The position numbers and the translations under genes were made by a program. This document shows, piece by piece, positions 62,382 through 64,000 of a stretch of DNA of 64,000 nt. Position 1 is the first letter of the stretch, and every line of letters begins with the position of its first letter. The notes beneath the pieces were generated by a model, which was given only the letters and a program-made list of their open reading frames with translations, was not told the DNA's origin and did no database searches. Source of the stretch: Deinococcus sp. (lineage in GTDB: Bacteria; Deinococcota; Deinococci; Deinococcales; Deinococcaceae); the NCBI GenBank assembly GCA_965261005.1, contig OZ253375.1, positions 2,272,001 through 2,336,000 on the forward strand. Reading direction: 5' to 3'.

Positions 62382-63425
62382 ATGAACGACGTGGTGATGG
62401 TGGGGGCGGGTCTCTCGGGGCTGGCGTGTGCGCGCGACCTACAAAGGGCCGGAACAGACGTGCTGCTGCTCGACAAGTCGCGCGGCGTGTCGGGCCGGTC
62501 GGCCACCCGGCGCTGGGACGGGGTGAGGTTCGACCCAACGGCGCAGCAGAGCATGCGCCTCGACCCAACGGCGCAGCAGAGCATGCGCCTCGACCACGGC
62601 GCCCAGTACTTCACGTCGCGCGGCGAGCGGCTGAGCGAATTGGCGCGCGGCTGGGAGCAGGAGGGTTGGCTGCGGGTCTGGTCGCACGGCTTTCCCCTTT
62701 GGAAGAATGGGGAGGTGACGGGGCGGCCCCCCGGCCGGCCGCGCTACGCCCCGCCCGCCGGCATGAGCGCCCTGGGGCGGCACTTGGCGCGCGACCTGAG
62801 CGTGGTGACAGAGGCGCCGGTCTCGTCGCTGTCGCGCATGCCCGGCGGCTGGCGCGTGCATGTCCAGGACGGGCGCGCGTTCGAGGCGGCGGCCGTGCTG
62901 CTCAGCTTGCCCGCCCCGCAGCTGGCCCCGCTGCTGGACGCTTTGCCGCTGGGCGACGCGGGAATGGACCTCGATAGGGTGCGCTTCGAGCCGACCTGGA
63001 CCTTGCTGCTGGAGTTGGAGCGTGACCTGGACGTGAGTTGGCCCGCGCTGGAAAGCGAGCACGAGGTTGTGCGTCTGGTCAGCCGCGACCACACCAAGCG
63101 GTGGGCGGGCGCCCCGCCCACCCTCGTCGTCCACGCGGCCGGCGGGTGGAGCCGAGACCACCTGGAGGACGGCCGGGAAACGGTCGAGCGTGCCATGCTG
63201 AGCGCGCTGCGCGAGGTGGTGGGCGACTTCGTGCCGCGCCGCGCCCAGGTCCACCGCTGGCGCTTCGCCACGCCCACGGTCTTTTTCCCGCGCGCCTGCC
63301 ATTGGGACCCCGCCCTGCGCCTGGGCTGGTGCGGCGATTGGTGCGCCGAGGACCCCAGGGCGGGCGCCAAGGTCGAGGGCGCCCTCAAGAGCGGCTGGAG
63401 CCTGGCGGCGCTGGTGGGAAGCTGA
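62382..63425 (+). CDS. Renalase-like NAD(P)/FAD-dependent oxidoreductase
   Basis: VGAGLSG, DKSRGVSGR, DHGAQYFT, HRWRFA, CGDW, VEGALKSG. Confidence 0.88.
   Translation: MNDVVMVGAGLSGLACARDLQRAGTDVLLLDKSRGVSGRSATRRWDGVRFDPTAQQSMRLDPTAQQSMRLDHGAQYFTSRGERLSELARGWEQEGWLRVWSHGFPLWKNGEVTGRPPGRPRYAPPAGMSALGRHLARDLSVVTEAPVSSLSRMPGGWRVHVQDGRAFEAAAVLLSLPAPQLAPLLDALPLGDAGMDLDRVRFEPTWTLLLELERDLDVSWPALESEHEVVRLVSRDHTKRWAGAPPTLVVHAAGGWSRDHLEDGRETVERAMLSALREVVGDFVPRRAQVHRWRFATPTVFFPRACHWDPALRLGWCGDWCAEDPRAGAKVEGALKSGWSLAALVGS
62530..62595 (+). repeat. Perfect in-frame 30-bp tandem repeat
   Basis: TCGACCCAACGGCGCAGCAGAGCATGCGCC x2 plus TCGACC. Confidence 0.95.
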
Positions 63426-63543
63426 TACGACCGGGTGCAGGCGTTCGGCGCCAAATTTATGAAAAAGCAAAGCGGCTGTCCACAGGACTGACGCATCTTG
63501 GTTTCTTGTCCTGAACGCGCTCACCGTGTTGAACACAGCGTTG

Positions 63544-63747
63544 TCATACGAACTCAAGATGAGTCGAAGACGAATCTGAGCGGGCAGGCCCCATACGGGT
63601 GCCGTTCTGCCCAAGACGCGGGCAGGCCCGGAAGGTGCCGTTCTGCCCAAGACGCGGAGTGAGTGTAAGGAAGCACGGGATGGCGACGATGGACACCTCT
63701 GTTGGTGCTTTTCCAACATGGATTGGAATCAAAGCAATCCGGTATAA
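63544..63747. repeat. Deinococcus SRE/SNR-like small non-coding repeat with duplicated internal module
   Basis: TCATAC...GTATAA ends, internal hairpins, two 38/36-bp GGGCAG...CTGCCC modules (63580-63653). Confidence 0.65.
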
Positions 63748-63911
63748 CTCGGTAACGACTTCCTTTTTGCTCAGCAGGGCTTTCAAAACTTTGCGGGACC
63801 CGAATGGCCGTTGTGAACTTAGCCCGCTATCAAGAGTGACGCTGTACTTCTTTCGGTTGTCCGAAGTTTAGATGCGTTAGCCTTGGCTCATGAAGCCGCC
63901 GAGGGCCGCGT

Positions 63912-64000
63912 TTAGCCTTTTAGCAGCAGCGCCTCGACCTCGTCGCCGACCTCCACCCGCTCACCTTCTGGCACAACCACCAGCGCGCCGCTTTCCGAGA
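63912..64000 (-). CDS. moeA: 3' end of a probable molybdopterin molybdenumtransferase (partial)
   Basis: SESGALVVVPEGERVEVGDEVEALLLKG* resembles the MoeA C-terminus; only 28 codons visible. Confidence 0.6.
   Translation of the reverse strand, partial: SESGALVVVPEGERVEVGDEVEALLLKG

Noticed and set aside
62530..62595. CRISPR-like repeat
   Set aside because: Head-to-tail copies with no spacer, in frame within a CDS
63580..63657. Mini CRISPR array
   Set aside because: Only two units, variable parts of 4-6 nt, no cas genes; better explained as SRE-like modules
63544..63871. ORFs 63544-63786 (-) and 63599-63871 (+)
   Set aside because: They run through the non-coding repeat and lack typical codon use or motifs

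Overview
High-GC Deinococcaceae-type chromosomal window; the assignment is inferred from the cinA-ligT-recA operon carrying an RDRM-like box, many leaderless promoters and an SRE-like repeat. In order it holds: galE; rny; recA/ligT/cinA; ribokinase, nitroreductase, pyrE and mqnB; an Xre/MbcA-RES type II toxin-antitoxin pair; a ~27 kb surface-glycan locus ending at tRNA-Glu (manC, wbaP, rmlDBAC, two flippases, two polymerase-like genes, two O-antigen-ligase/OTase paralogues, seven glycosyltransferase genes, a CapD/PglF-type dehydratase and an AT-rich insert); lpdA, galE2 and sucB; an SDR-GMC-Gfo-GH1 operon; an MFS transporter; DUF1517; ddl; a peptide ABC cluster interrupted by a TnpB-only IS200/IS605 element; an S41 peptidase; a renalase-like oxidoreductase; and the 3' end of moeA. 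The two strongest leads are (1) a small basic/hydrophobic ORF at 52053-52214 with the architecture of a type I toxin-antitoxin locus, and (2) a TnpB element inserted in the last codon of an ABC binding-protein gene so that its right end supplies the stop codon. All product calls come from motif recognition by eye; no searches were run.
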